Shown here: positions 36,701 through 51,700 of the stretch, piece by piece | How positions within the stretch are numbered: the first letter of the stretch is position 1 | Layout: each line of letters starts with the position of its first letter | From: Chiloscyllium plagiosum | Lineage: Eukaryota | Direction of reading: 5' to 3' | Assembly (NCBI RefSeq): GCF_004010195.1 | Contig: NC_057750.1 | Span: 17,792,092 to 17,856,091, forward strand | Length of the DNA stretch: 64,000 nt | Program-made: the position numbers and the translations under genes | Notes under the pieces: model-generated | Seen by the model: only the letters and a program-made list of their open reading frames with translations | Database searches by the model: none | Told to the model about the DNA's origin: nothing

Positions 36701-39700
36701 TTGTCGAATGCCTTACTGAAGTCCATGTAGATCATGTTTACTGCTCTGTCCTCATCAATCCTCTTTGTTACTACTTCAAAAAACTCCATCAAGTTTCTGA
36801 GACATGATTTCCCACACACAAAGCCATGTTGACTATCCCTAATCAGACCTTGTCTTTTCAAATACATGTACATCCTGTCCCTCCCGATTCCCTCCAACAA
36901 CTTGCCCACCACCAACATCAGGCTCACCGGTCTATAGTTCCCTAGCTAGTCCTTCCTTAAATAGTAATATCACATTCACCAACCTCTAGTCTTCCGGCAC
37001 CTCACCTGTGACTATCGATGCTACAAATATGTCAACAAGAGGCCCTGCAATCACTTCCCTAGCTTCCCACAGAGTTGTTGGGTACACCTGATTAGGTCCT
37101 GGGAATTTATCCACTTTTATGCGTTTCAAGATTTCCAGCACTTCCTCCTCTGTAATATGGACATTTTTCAAGATGTCACCATCTATTTCCCTACATTCTA
37201 TACCTTCTATATCCTTTTCCACAGTAAACACTGATGCAAAACACTGGTTTAGTATCTCCCCCATCTGCTGCGGCTCCACAAAAAGGCAGTCTTGCTAATC
37301 TTTGAGGGGCCCTATTCTCTTCCTAGTTATCCTTTTGTCCTTAATGTATTTGTAAACACCCTTTGGATTCTCCTTAATTCTATTTGCCAGATCTATCTCA
37401 TGTCCCCTTTTTGCCGTCCTGATTTCCCTCTTAAGTATACGCCTACTGCCTTTATACTCTTATAAGGATTCACTCAATCTATCCTATCTATACTTCACAT
37501 ATGCTTCCTTCTTTTTCTTAACCAAACCCTCAATTTTTTTAGTCATCCAGCATTCTCTTCGCATACCAGCCTTTCCCTTTCCCCCGAACAGGAATATACT
37601 GTCTCTGGATTCTCGTCTCATTTCTGAAGGCTTCCCATTTTCCAGCTGTCCCTTTATCTGCGAACATCTGCCCCCAATCATCTTTTTTGAAAGTTCTAGC
37701 CTAATACCGTCAAAATTAGCCTTTCTCCAATTTAGAACTTCAACTTTTAGATCTGGTCTATCCTTTTCCATCACTATTTAAAAACTAATAGTATTATGGT
37801 CACTGGCCCCAAAGTGCTCCCCCACTGACACCTCAGTCACCTGCCCTGCCTTATTTCCCAAGAGTCAGACAGGTTTTGCACCTTCTCTCGTGAGTGCATC
37901 CACATACTGAATCAGAAAATTGTCTTGTACACACTTAACAAATTCCTCTCCATCTAAATTCTTAACACAATGGCAATCCCAGTCTATGTTTGTAAAGTTA
38001 AAATCCCCTATGTGCAGCACGGTGGCTCAGTGGTTAGCACTGCTGCCTCACAGCAACATGGACCTGAGTTCAATTCCAGCCTCAGGCGACTGTCTTTTGG
38101 AATTCACACATTCTCCCCGGATTCCTCCCGCAATCCAAAGATGTGCAGGCCAGGTGAATTGGCCATGCTAAATTGCCCATAGCATTAGGTGCATTAGTCA
38201 GCAGTAAATATAGGGTAGGGAGGGTAGGTTGCTCTTCGGAAAGTCTGTGGATTTGTTGGGCATATGACCTGTTTCCATACTGTAGGGAATTGAATCTAAT
38301 GTAATCTACCATAACCACTGTATTATTCTTCCAGATAACTGAGATCTCCTTACAAATTTGTTTCTCAATTTCCCTCTGACTATTAGGAGATCTATAATAC
38401 AATCCAAATAAGGTGATCATCCCTTTCTTATTTCTCAGTTCCACCCAAATAACTTCCCTGGTTGTATTTCCAGGAATATCCTCAGTCAGTACAGCTGTAA
38501 TACTACCCCTTATCAAAATGCCACTCCCCCTCCTCTTGCCTCCCTTTCTATCTTTCCTGTAGCATTTGTGTCCTGGAACATTAAGCTCCCAGTCCTGTCC
38601 ATCCCTGAGCCATGTTTCTGTAATTGCTATGATATCCCAGTCCCATGTTCCTAACCATGCCCTGAGTTCATCTGCCTTTCCTGTTAGGCCTCTTGCATTG
38701 AAATAAATGCAGTTTAATTTGAGTCCTGCCTTGTTCTTTGCTTTGTCCCTGCCTGCCCTGACTGTTTGACTCTCTTCTTTTCTCAACTGTACCAGTCTCA
38801 GATTGATCTCTTTCCACGCGATCTCTAGATATCCTTTCTTTTACCTTACTGTTATTTCTATTTGCACTGAGTTCATCTGTTTGTACCTGAAAGCTTTCAG
38901 GTACAGATTTCAGATTCTGGTTTCAAGTACTCTATTCTCTGAAGTCTAAAGTGTTTGCCTAAATTGAAATCCATTTATAGCAGTTTTGCCCATTTACTTA
39001 AGCAATGAATATTTTTATTGGACAGCTAGTTTGCAGAGTGATGCACGTAGCATGGGTTCAGTCCCGCGCTGGCTGAGGTTACCATGAAGGACTCTGTTTC
39101 TCTATCTCTCCCCTTGCTTGAGGCATGATGACCCTCAGGTTAAACCTTCAGCATCTGGCTCTCTCTGACAGCCCTATTGTCTGGTTGGACTGTGGCAACA
39201 TTTATTTTTTGTGTTGTTATCCATTGTTGTGTCATTCGTAAACTTACCCAAAGTTTATTTTCTAAACAGTTGCACTGTGTAGTTCATGCCCCAATTCATG
39301 TCCTTGTTCGACATTTCCTTATGTTTGATGAATTTCGGAATCAGGTTAATAATCTTCCCGCCATATCTTTTACTTCAGTTTCAGCTGACTGTCTCTTCTA
39401 AGGGACTTTCTTAAATGCTTTCAGGTAATCTCACATACATAGACAATCCCCATGTACAATACTTCAGTCAATACCTCAGCTAGGCATTTGATTTGGCTCA
39501 TTGAGCATGATTTCCCATTTGCAAATCCATGTCAATTTTGGAAGCACTCCATAATGACAGGCTGAAGTATTATTTACGTCTGAAGAAGGCTCTCTGGACC
39601 TGAAATGTTAATTCTGCTTTCTCTCCACAGATGTTGCCAGATCTGCTGAAATTCCCCAGCAACTTTTCTTTTTATTTCAGATTTCCAACATCAACAGTTT

Positions 39701-42700
39701 CTTTATTTTTATTATGTTTCCTCCGGGTGTTCCGGTTTCCTCCCACAATCCAAAGATGTGCAGGTCAGATAAATTGGCCATGCTAAATTGCCAATAGTGT
39801 TAGGTGCGTTAGTCAGGGGTAAACATAGGGTAGGGGAATGGGTTTGGGTGGGTTACTCTTCGGAGGGGTGGTGTGGACTTGTTGGGCCGAAGGGCCTGTT
39901 TCCACACTGTAGGGAATCTAATCTTAATGACAGAAAGCTCATCAAGACAATGAGACAGCATCACTCTAAAACCCAATTAATTCTGTGTATAGTTCCTTCC
40001 CCCAGTTTGTATCAGTGCCACCTCAGTTTACACTGTTACTGCCAATAGCATTGAATCATTTCCTGTCACAGAGGCATGTGGAATCATACACCTTACTTGC
40101 TATTTTTTTTCCTGCAGTTTTACATGGTGATGTGTATCATCTATGTGCTCTACAGTGTTGTCTGGCTTTTCCTGTTGGCTTGTTACTGGAAGGATTTGCT
40201 TCGGATTCAGTATTGGATTGGTGGAGTCATCCTGCTAGGAATGTTGGAGAAAGCAGTCTTCTATGCAGAATTCCACACAATCGCTCAGCAGGGTGTTTCA
40301 GGTAAATGGTCTCACTGATGATAAAAAGTTATTCACTTTGTAAGCTGAAATTGAAATGGATGAAAACTGGATTTGGGCAGGTGGTGGGGCGGATATCAGC
40401 CTCTCTTGTTTGACTCCGACATTGCGGGTTTCTGGATGGGGACAACACTGAGCTTGGCTTGACCCCTGTACAATCCTAGCTTGCTTGCATTCATTGTGAA
40501 GCAGTTCATAAAGAATGTGAGCAAGGTGTGAGAGGAATGCCAACACAATGGACCAGCATGAGCATCCAGCTACTTTGGGGGTAAGGGGCAAAAGGGAACT
40601 TCGTAAAAAACTTCTCTCGTTTTCAGGTCATATTTCCAATCCTGTATATTGAGAACATAATTTAAGATTCTAGTTTATTCATTGATATATTTCATGCTAT
40701 AACAGTTAACTAATATTGATCTACTCTGGCACAAATTAAATCCGACTTTACTTTAAAACTGTTTTGCAGTTCACGGAGCAGTGGTTTTTGCAGAGCTGCT
40801 ATCAGCTGTGAAACGTACCCTGGCCCGGGTCCTGGTCATTATCGCAGCACTTGGCTATGGTATTGTCAAGTAAGATATGTACTTACTATTTCATGAGTTG
40901 CTGTGGTTGCCTTACATATTAAAAATTGTAATTTGTGCAAAACTGAATTAAGGCCATAAGACATAGGAGGAATTAGGCCATTCAGCCCATCGAGTCTGCT
41001 GCGCCATTCAATCATGGCTGATAAGTTTGTCAGCCCCATTCCCCCACTTTCTCCCTGTAACCATTGATCCCCTTGATACTCAAGAACTTATCTATCACAG
41101 TCTTTAATACACTCAATGACCTGGCCTCTACAGCCTTCGGTGCCAATGAGTACCATAGATTGACCACGCCCAGGCTGAAGAAGTTTCTCCTTATCTCTGT
41201 TCTAAAAGGTCTTCCCTTTACTCTAAGGCTATGCCATGAGGTTCAAGTCTCTCCTCCCAATGGAAACATTTTCCCAACATCTACTCTATCCACGCCATTC
41301 AGTGTGCTATATATTTCAATTAGATACCCCCTCCTCATCCTTCTAAACTCCATTGAGTATAAACCCAGAATCCTCAAACGTTCCTCATACGTTAAGCTTT
41401 TCAATCTAGGGACCATTCTCATTAATCTCCTCTGAGCATATTTCAGGGCTAGTGCATCCTTCCTGACATATGAGACCCAAAACTGCACATAATATTCCAA
41501 ATGTGGTCTGACCAGAGCCTCAGAGAGCTTCAGATGTACAAGTCCCTTCAAAATAAATGCCATCTTTGCATTTGCCTTCCTAACTACTGACTCAACCTGC
41601 AAGTTAACTTTGAGAGAATCCTGGACTAGAATTCCCAAGTCTCTTTGCACTTCAGACTTGTGAATTTTCTCCTTATTTAGAAAATAATTCATGCCTCTAT
41701 TCTTTGTACCAAAGTGCATGACCTCACACTATACCACATTGTACTCCATCTGCCACTACTTTGTCCACTCTCCAAACCCTCCTGCAGCTTCCCTGCCTCC
41801 TCAGTACTACCTGTCTCTCTAACTATCTTTGTAATGTCTGCAGACTTAGGTCTAGGAAAATCTCTATTACAATTCTCAGTCTGCATCAAATTGCTTGCGT
41901 ACCAGTCAGAGCTGTGAATCCACAGCTAAGGGAAGACAATCTCAATCTTGGGAAATCAGCTCAAACTACTATTCTCAAATGCTGTGAGTGACTCTTAGGA
42001 ATAGCATGATTCAGGTCATGGCTCGGTAAACCAGCAGTAAATGCTCCCCTAGCCATCAATGACTACGTTCCATGAATGAATAAGAGAGAAAGTTGGTAGC
42101 CTCTGAATTGCAAGATTGTGGTTTCAAGGTGCACTCCAGGTCCTTGAGCACCAAATCTGAAATAAAACTCACTGCAGTACTGAAGGAGTGCTGCTTTGTT
42201 GAAGATGCTAATAAGATGTTAAAGTGAGGCACCATCTGCCATTTAGGTGGATTCAGTGATTTGAGGGCCACTATTTGGAGAAAAGCAAGTGAGGTCTGCT
42301 CTGTATGAAGCAAAATACTGCAGCCACTGGAAATCTACAGCAAAAGTATTCACACTAAAGAGCCTATATTGCGAGAGAAATGGTCAATATTTTAGGTTGG
42401 TCTTTTTAACAGAACTGGGCGGAGTGCTCACTTTGCACTTTGTGAGGTCCTCGGGTTGGCATAGCCACTAATCAGTGTCCAAGCTCAAACGGAAAGTGAA
42501 ATTCCAAGGGGTAAGCTAGTTCCCCTCAGTCTCACTGCATCTTCCTGACAACTGGCATCTTCTAAACAGTGGAGGCTGTCCAAAAGCAGGTCAAGTTATT
42601 TTTCAAAAACTTGAAGGCATGTGATTGCTACTACTAAAACATTAATGCACATTTTTAATCAGACCTAGGCTGGGAACCACTTCGAGTCAAGTAATTGGAA

Positions 42701-45700
42701 TCGGCCTGCTGTACCTGTTATTTTCATCAGTAGAGGGAGTCCTGCGCATTGCTGTGGTAAGAACATTTGCTGAACTAGAATTGTTTTGCTCTGGTGGCCT
42801 CACAGCAAAATTTGTTGACTCATGATTTTTATTTCAATGACCTAGTCAGGAGCAAAAATAGCCTTTTCCAGAGGACAACCCTTTCCCCAGATGAAATGTG
42901 TTATTGGCACAGGGTATGTGTCACCCACAGTAGAAACCAGCAGTGGAAACTGGTCTGTGTGGTTCTGGGATCCACACAGCCAGATCATTTTCATGTTTCT
43001 CTGAAGCAGAAACTTTCCGTTGGCCTCACTTGAGTAATGGAGTGCTGCGTTCTTGATAATCTCAAAGCAGCATAATGAAGGAAGTGGTATGTTTGATTCC
43101 TATTCAGGGCTTTACAGTGGCTTTGCTAAATTATGATCTCCTCTTCCCATGGAACAATCCCACCCTGGCTCTTGTCCTCCCCTCACCCACACACATCCAT
43201 CCATGCACTCATCCTCACATATCGACTACCCATTCCCGCACATAGTCCCGCCCCCCCCCACACACCCGCACATCCCCCCCCCCCGCTCCCCTGCAGCNNN
43301 NNNNNNNNNNNNNNNNNNNNNNNNNNNNNNNNNNNNNNNNNNNNNNNNNNNNNNNNNNNNNNNNNNNNNNNNNNNNNNNNNNNNNNNNNNNNNNNNNNNN
43401 NNNNNNNNNNNNNNNNNNNNNNNNNNNNNNNNNNNNNNNNNNNNNNNNNNNNNNNNNNNNNNNNNNNNNNNNNNNNNNNNNNNNNNNNNNNNNNNNNNNN
43501 NNNNNNNNNNNNNNNNNNNNNNNNNNNNNNNNNNNNNNNNNNNNNNNNNNNNNNNNNNNNNNNNNNNNNNNNNNNNNNNNNNNNNNNNNNNNNNNNNNNN
43601 NNNNNNNNNNNNNNNNNNNNNNNNNNNNNNNNNNNNNNNNNNNNNNNNNNNNNNNNNNNNNNNNNNNNNNNNNNNNNNNNNNNNNNNNNNNNNNNNNNNN
43701 NNNNNNNNNNNNNNNNNNNNNNNNNNNNNNNNNNNNNNNNNNNNNNNNNNNNNNNNNNNNNNNNNNNNNNNNNNNNNNNNNNNNNNNNNNNNNNNNNNNN
43801 NNNNNNNNNNNNNNNNNNNNNNNNNNNNNNNNNNNNNNNNNNNNNNNNNNNNNNNNNNNNNNNCGCTCTCGCACGCTCTCGCTCTCGCACGCTCTCGCTC
43901 TCGCACGCTCTCGCTCTCGCACGCTCTCGCTCTCGCACGCTCTCGCTCTCGCACGCTCTCGCTCTCGCACGCTCTCGCTCTCGCACGCTCTCGCTCTCGC
44001 ACGCTCTCGCTCTCGCACGCTCTCGCTCTCGCACGCTCTCGCTCTCGCACGCTCTCGCTCTCGCACGCTCTCGCTCTCGCACGCTCTCGCTCTCGCACGC
44101 TCTCGCTCTCGCACGCTCTCGCTCTCGCACGCTCTCGCTCTCGCACGCTCTCGCTCTCGCACGCTCTCGCTCTCGCACGCTCTCGCTCTCGCACGCTCTC
44201 GCTCTCGCTCTCGCACGCTCTCGCACGCTCTCGCTCTCGCACGCTCTCGCTCTCACGCTCTCGCTCTCGCACGGTCACGTGCTCTCAAGCTCTCGCATGC
44301 TCACACGCTCTCACTCTCACACGCATTCGCTCGCTCATGCTCCCCCTTCACGCTTGCACCCATATGCACCTGGTAGTAGTGGAGGGCTGGTTTTCTGACT
44401 TGAGGTCTGTGATCAGTGGTGGACCTCTGTTGTTTATATCACCTTTGAATGGTTTGGATAATGATATATTGTTTGATTAGTAAGTTTGCAGATGAAATGA
44501 AATTTGAAGGAGTTGTGGATAGTGTGGAAGAATTTCAAAGGACACTGTAGGATTTAGACCAGTTGGAAAGTTAGGCAGAAAAATTGCAGATGGTTTTTAA
44601 ACTGGGCATGTGTGAGGTGATGGGTTTTGGGCAGTCAAATGCAAGAGGAAAGTTTACAGTAAATGGCAGGACCCTGAGGAGTATTAATATGCAGAGGGAT
44701 CTTGGGCTCCCTGAAAGGAGCAAAACAAGATGGTAAAGAGAGTATACGGTATATTTGCCTTCATTGGTAGGGCATTGAGTGTTAAAGTTAGTAAGTCATG
44801 TTGCAGCTGTCTGAAGCTTTTTGGTGAGGCCAGATTTGGAGGATTGTGTGCAGTTCTGCTTCCCACACCGTAGGAAGGATGTAGAGGCTTCAGAGAGTGT
44901 GCAAAAGAGGTTTACCAGGATGTTGTCTGGATTGGAGTGTTTTAGCTACAAGGAGAGATTGGAAAAACTTGCGTTGTTTTTGCAAGAATGTTGGAGGCTG
45001 AGGGGTGACCTGGTAAAGGTGTATAAAATTATAATAGTCTTTTTCTCAGAGTGGAAATGTCAAATAAGAGGCAGAATAGGTTTAAGGTGAGAGGCGAAAT
45101 GTTTAAGGGAGGTAAGTTTTTTGCACAGAGGGTGTTTGGTGCCTGGGGACGTGGTAGAAGTAGATTCATTAGCAAAGTTTAAGAGGCACTTAAACACACG
45201 AACAGGCAGCAAATAGAGGGATACAAACAATGTATAGACAAATGGGATTAGTTTACAATGGCATCATAGTCAACACAGACATGGTGGGCCAAAGGGTCTG
45301 TTTCTGTGCTGTACTGTTCTATGTTTGATGGATGCCAAGTTTGAAGGAAGTAGAGAAAAGCTGGTGACAAAGATGGATCTTTCATGCTGCAATAGCTGGT
45401 ATGCTGCTGATGTACCACAGTAGGATACACTGCAACATGTCAAGTCCTCTTTAACAATAGCAGAAAAGCCTGCAGTTTTAACAAAGAGGATTGATGGGGG
45501 CAGAGTGGTAGATATGATCTATATGGACTTCAGTTAGGCGTTCGACAAGGTTCCCCATGGGAGACTGATTAGCAAGTTAGATCTCACGGAATACAGGAAG
45601 AACTAGCCATTTGGATACAGAACTGGCTCAAAGGTAGAAGACAGAGGGTGGAGGTGGAGGGTTGTTTTTCAGACCGGAGGCCTGTTACCAGTAGAGTGCC

Positions 45701-48700
45701 ACAGGGATCGCTGCTGGGTCCAGTACTTTTCGTCATTTATATAAATGATTTGGATGCGAACATAAGAGGTATAGTTTATAAGTTTGCAGATGACACCAAC
45801 ATTGGAGGTGTGGTGGAAACCGAAGAGGGTTACCTCAGATTACAACAGGATCTTAATCAGATGGGCTGAGAAGTGGCAGATGGAGTTTAATTTCGATAAA
45901 TGCAAGGTACTGCATTTTGGGAAAGCAAATCTTAGCAGGACTTATACACTTGATGGTAAGGTGCTAGGGAATGTTGCTGAATAAAGAGACCTTGGAGTGC
46001 AGGTTCATAGCTCCTTGAAAGTGGAGTCGCAGGTAGATAGGATAGTGAAGACGGCGTTTGGTATGCTTTCCTTTACTGGTCAGAGTTCTGAGTACAGGAG
46101 TTGGGAGGTCATGTTGCGGCTGTACAGGTGTTTGGTTAGGCCACTGTTGGAATATTGCGTGCAATTCTGGTCTCCTTCCTATCGGAAAGCTGTTGTGAAA
46201 CTTGAAAGGGTTCAGAAAAGATTTACAAGGATGTTGCCAGGGTTGAAGGATTTGAGCTACAGGGAGAGGCTGAACAGGTTGGGGCTATTTTCCCTGGAGC
46301 ATCAGAGACTGAGGGGTGACCTTATAGAGGTTTACAAAATTGAGGGGCATGGATAGGATAAATAGACAAAGTCTTTTCCCTGGGGTCAGGGAGTTCAGAT
46401 CTAGAGGACGTAGGTTTAGGGTGAGAGGGGAAAGATATAAAAGAGACCTAAGGGACAACCTTTTCACACAGAGGGTGGTACGTGTATGGAATGAGCTCCA
46501 GTGGAAGTGGTGGAGGCTGGTACAATTGCAACATTTAAAAGGCATTTAGATGGGTATATGAATAGGAAGGGTTTAGAGGGATATAGGCCAGGTGCTGGCA
46601 GATGGGACTAGATTGGGTGGTATATCTGGTTGGCATGGACGGGTTAGACCGAAGGGTCTGTTTCTGTGCTGTACGTCTCTATGACTGTAAGGGCAGAAGC
46701 AGCAGGTACATGGGAATGCCCACCTCCTAACCTTGCCTCCAGGACTGTCACTGTGCGGCTTGGACAAAACCACATTCATTACTTGAACTACAGAAGCTCT
46801 AAAAGAAAGCCTCCCCACCACTTTCTGTCAGGCAAGTAGGACCGAGCAGTACCTGCATTCAATTAACCTTATTTAGGGGCTGCACTTGGATTATGTGAGA
46901 TCGGGAAGGGAGAATGTTTGCAAGGTGAATGATGGTATTGCTGCTGTGTGGAACTCTTCCAGCTATATGTAAAGTTCATTATTTGGGGCACTTGAGCTGT
47001 TTGTAACTTTTCTTCTCTGGATTTTGCAGTTTTCAATATCAAACTTCACTGCTGCGGGTATGTGCTGAAGGCTGACTGTTTTGTGCAGCTTCAAGTTTTT
47101 AACTTGGTTATGGTATCATTAGAAACCTGCCTCCAGTTTAAAAAAAAATCATGTATACAGAGATTTATTGATCCAGTATGCATTGTCCTCCATCAGTGTT
47201 AACTAGCCTCTGCCAGTCCACTATGAAAGTGCTAAGCTTCGCTATTGCACTTTCTGTTGTTGCAGTGAGACTCGGGAGGTTTGTCTGCAGCTAATACATT
47301 TTATCCAGTGTATGATATAGGATTCATTATGATGCTATACTAGTTATGTTAATGAATGATGTTCCTCCTTAGGAGCGCTCTACGGCAGCCATGACCATCT
47401 GTGAGATTTCTCTTGCGTTGATAGACTCCTGTATTGTATGGTGGATATCCTTTTTGCTCGCATTTCCTCCCATGAGGTTCTTACTAGCTTCTGATAAGTA
47501 TTGTCATTCAAACACAGTATGGTGACTGGTGAAAACCTGTTCAATTATTTCTGTTCCTAAATGTGCAATCTGATCTTCTGGCCAGAAGTGGTAATTAATC
47601 TAAGAGGTGTGATTGCCTTCTGAAACACTGTAGTAATTCCCCCTGTCCCTGATGTGTCGCAGTGTTTGAAACTCAGGCTCCAGCTCATCATCTTTGAGGT
47701 AGAGTTCCTCAAGCAACCAACACTTGCTACAAATGTGATCTGTGAACTACAGTGAGACCACCATCTCCCATGTCATGCAGTTCCAATGCATCGCCTTGTG
47801 TGGTATCTGAATTTTAATTACTTATTTTGATTTTCAAACATTTCATACTAGTTTTTAGTTTGTAGCCTGTAAATATTTTCCATCTTTACCTTCAGTCTGA
47901 AAGTAATTTATTATAGTCATATATAGAGCTATCACTGGCCAGTGAACTTGAGTTTACCCGTGAACTCATCCTGTTGTGCTGGACCCCGGATCCTAGACTT
48001 CCCTTTATCCTATTGAAAGAGACCTTTGAAGCAATGAGCCAAAAAAGCCCGATCAAAACGAACCTCTCACCCTCTGTACTGAATTCCCATGCTGCTTCCA
48101 AATCCCCCGAGCGATATACTCACCCTAGCTGTGTCTCGTTTTAGATGTGATCTGTCTTTCCTGAGCATGATCCACCTCCATGCCTTCGACACTCCCAGGT
48201 GATCCTTCCTCTCAAGGAGGCAGGGTGGAACCAGCTGAAATGTTTGGAGGAATATGAGCCAAATGCAGGCTAGTGGGATTGTGCTTTAATTTGGGAACAT
48301 CATTGACATGGACTAGATGGACTAAAGGGTCTGTTTCCATGCTGTATGACTGTAAGTGGAATCCCAGTTACACTGTAGAAACTCAAAGTGCAGGGACTTC
48401 CACAATTCACTCAATAAAGCTTTACTCAAAAGGCTAATATTTAACTTCACATCTTGGGGACGGATTGCAAAATGACTTTGTGATTGATGTGTGTGTTGGG
48501 ACTGGGAATGGAGGGATGGTGTCATTGTCACATGGGAGATGATGAGATGTCAGTGTTGCACTTAGACGAGGTGTGGGTACTGTTAGTGTTGTACACTTGA
48601 GGTGAGGTGAGGTGACTGCATGACATGAGGATGAATGGAGTGCTGCAAAGGGGATTAAAGTTTCAAATTTCTAGCAGTGGCATCTGTTCAAAAGATCTAT

Positions 48701-51700
48701 GCAAATTGGTGAATTTTGTTTCTGTGAAATGATGAGGTGCATTTGAATTTGAGCTGGCTTCAAAGGAAACAGGAAACAGATTAAATAAGTTGAGTGGAGA
48801 GAATGGTAGGTGAAATTTAATCAGTAATTGTAAAATGGAATAATCAGGGTTGAAGTGAACTGAATAAATCTGCAACATCGTTGTAGTCAACAGAATGCTA
48901 ATTTTTATTTTAGAGACCTTGCAGCCAAAAATGGGTCTTTTGACTGACTAGTCCTAGCTATGCTTATCCTCCACTAGAGCTAATCACTTAATTTAATCCT
49001 ATCAGTGTAGCCCTAATCACTTCAACTGTACTCGACCCTAACCATATCACATGTTTTACTTAGTGTCTGGAAAAGGAAGTTAAAAACAGTTAAGTACAAT
49101 AGAGGAAGTCCTATAGATCACCTTGAATATTGCATATATTTGTATTCCTCAAATGATAGCAGTAAATCATAGAGGGGGTGTGCAAGATATTTGCAGCAGA
49201 GTAGCAGCAGTATGTATTATCTACAAGATGCGCTGCAGATATTCACCAGGGCTCCTTAAATAGCACCTTCCCAAAACACAACTGCTATCATCTGGAAAGG
49301 CAAGGACAGCAGATATGAGAATGTCACCACCTGCATGCCACCCTCCGACTCTCTCACCATTCCAATTTGGAAATCTGTCACCGTCCCTTCAGCATCACTG
49401 GGTCAAAATCTTGGAGCTCCCTCCCTCATGGCATTGAAGACCAGATGGGTTGTCGTAGTTCATCAGAGACAGCTCAAAAAAAATGAACCTAACTTCAGCT
49501 TTCAAAGAGCAAAATCTGTGACAGTACTGCAGAATGGTCTTGTGTCTTATTGGGGTCGGGAGTGTGGTGCTGGAAAAGCACAGCAGGTCAGGCAGCGTCC
49601 GGGGAGCGGGACAGTTGATGTTTCGGGCAAGAGCCCTTCGTTCCTTCATGCCTGTGTTTTTCCAGCATCACACTCTCAACTCTGATCTCCGGCATCTGCA
49701 GTCCTCACTTTCTCCTTGTGTCTTATTGGCACTGACGCACAAGGTTCCAGCACAACATTGCTGAATCAGTAGTGACAGCACCAGAATTTGACAAATGCAG
49801 TGAAATATTGAGACCACTTTGCTTTCAGAATGGCTGCTCCTGAAGAGGGATGGGATTCTTGCCTGCTGTGTGCAATATGTGTTGTGTTTGCCCCAGCTTC
49901 TGTATACCCCATGTACCTTTCTGTTTGTGAGAATGAATCAGGATGATGAAGTGCTGCTGGCTGCCATTCCCCTTGCTCTGCTTGACTCTTCAGCCTACTG
50001 GTGAATTTCCTGTTGTTGCCTGATAGTCATGTTGAGCCTGCTAGAGAAAAAAATAATTTTGTTGGCTTTTTTCCAAAGAATTTAGTACTCTTTCTAAAAA
50101 AATCTTAAATGTCAATGCCCAAAAATGGCTTCCAGCATTAAGAATTTATCTTCTGTAAATCCAACAATCTAACTAGAGACCTTTTTCAGACAATATTGAG
50201 TTTTTTCAAACCTTGATTTGAAGGCAGCCTTTATTAGTCAGTGTGTTGAGTATAGGAGTTGGGGTGTCACGTTGCGGCTGTGCAAGACATTAGATAGGCC
50301 ACTTTTGATCTCCTTGCTGTAGAGAAGATGTTAAATTTGAAAGGGTGCAGAAAAGATTTCCAAGGATGTTGCTGGGTTTGGAGGGTTTGAGCTATAGGGA
50401 GAGGCTGAACAGGCTGGGGCTGTTTTCCCTGGAGCGTTGGAGGCTGAGGAGTGACCTTATAGAGGTTTATAAAATCATAAGGGGCATGGATAGGATAAAT
50501 AGACGAAGTCTGTTCCCTGGGGTGGGGGAGTCCAGAACTAGAGGGGATAGGTTCAAAGTGAGAGGAGGAAAAATTTAAAAAGAACCTAAGGGGCAACCTT
50601 TTAACACCGAGGGTGATGCATGTATGGAGCATACTGCCAGAAAATGCTGGTACAATTAAGACATTTAAAAGGCATCTGGATGGGTGCATAAATAGGAAGG
50701 ATTTGGAGGGATTAAGGGCCAAATGCTGGCAAGTAGGACTGGATTAATTTAGGATGCCTGATGGGCATAGGCGAGTTGGACCGAAAGGTCTGTTTCTGTG
50801 ATGTACAAGCTTTTGACTCAGTGACTTATCGCTTCCAATTGTCAAAGATTTGAAGGGTGCCATTAAAGGGGCACATATTACTTAGTACTGTTTAAGTTAT
50901 TAGCTGTTCCATCCAACAAAACTTGTATTTTCTTCATGATGTTGGGTTTCAAGCCTAGCCTTAACAGTCTGAAGCAATTTTCCATGGAAATTGTGACAAG
51001 CCACCGCAGATCAATGTGGGGTTCAGTCATATTACTCAGTTTGCAGTGGCAGCTTCAAGGCACTGCTGTTGGCTGCTAGACTGAGAAAATCCATCTTTAA
51101 TCTTAAGCTTGGTATATTCAAATGATTGAACGGTAGACAGTGTATCTTGAATAAATTTTGCAGATTCAGAGATTGAAGACCAAAGCAGCTTAGGCTTCTG
51201 TTGTTTGCCATTAAGACACTTAGCCAGAATGGTGGAATGTAAAGTATTAATGTTGACTGCCCTGCAGCTAAGGCGGATAATGAGGGGAGGCAAGCAAGTT
51301 TCTCAGAGATTCGAGTGACAAGGAGATTCCGTGGGAGTCATCCCTCACCCAGGGGCTGTTCAGAGCATTTTGTTCAACTTCTTGGTCCTTAAAAAAAAAA
51401 TTAAGTCAAAATGGGTCTGAGTATTCCTTTCATTTACTTAGGGCAAACAGAAATAGTACTTAAACATTAAGACATCCAAAAGTCCAAGAAAGCACTTTCT
51501 TTGTACTCGTCCTTTTGGTATTGGTTAAACTATGTTGTGAAATATTCCCAGCAAAGAGGGCTTCGTAAAGGTCACACTGTACATTGGTGGGTGCCTTGCG
51601 TCATTTTGGCGAATCTGGGAAAAACGGTGAGATTTTTGAGTTTCACTTCGATTAACCTCACTCACTGTTCAGAAATTAGGAAGCAAGCTTTCAGAGAAAC

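Noticed and set aside
35440..36927. Long ORFs of 200-400 aa
   Set aside because: They run through the N gap; the real parts are CR1 ORF2 fragments.
36583..38810. Intact autonomous LINE
   Set aside because: ORF2 is broken by frameshifts, stops, a SINE insertion and the gap.
43864..44270. CRISPR-like array
   Set aside because: No unique spacers; a simple tandem repeat in vertebrate DNA.
43133..44480. Long SR-like and RERERA ORFs on both strands
   Set aside because: Translations of the 16-bp minisatellite plus the gap; no splice or start context.
47030..47057. Possible third alternative exon (ttttgcAG...GCGG|GTATGT)
   Set aside because: 28 nt, frameshifting, no similarity to the TM5 exons; could only be a cryptic or poison exon and is unsupported without RNA data.
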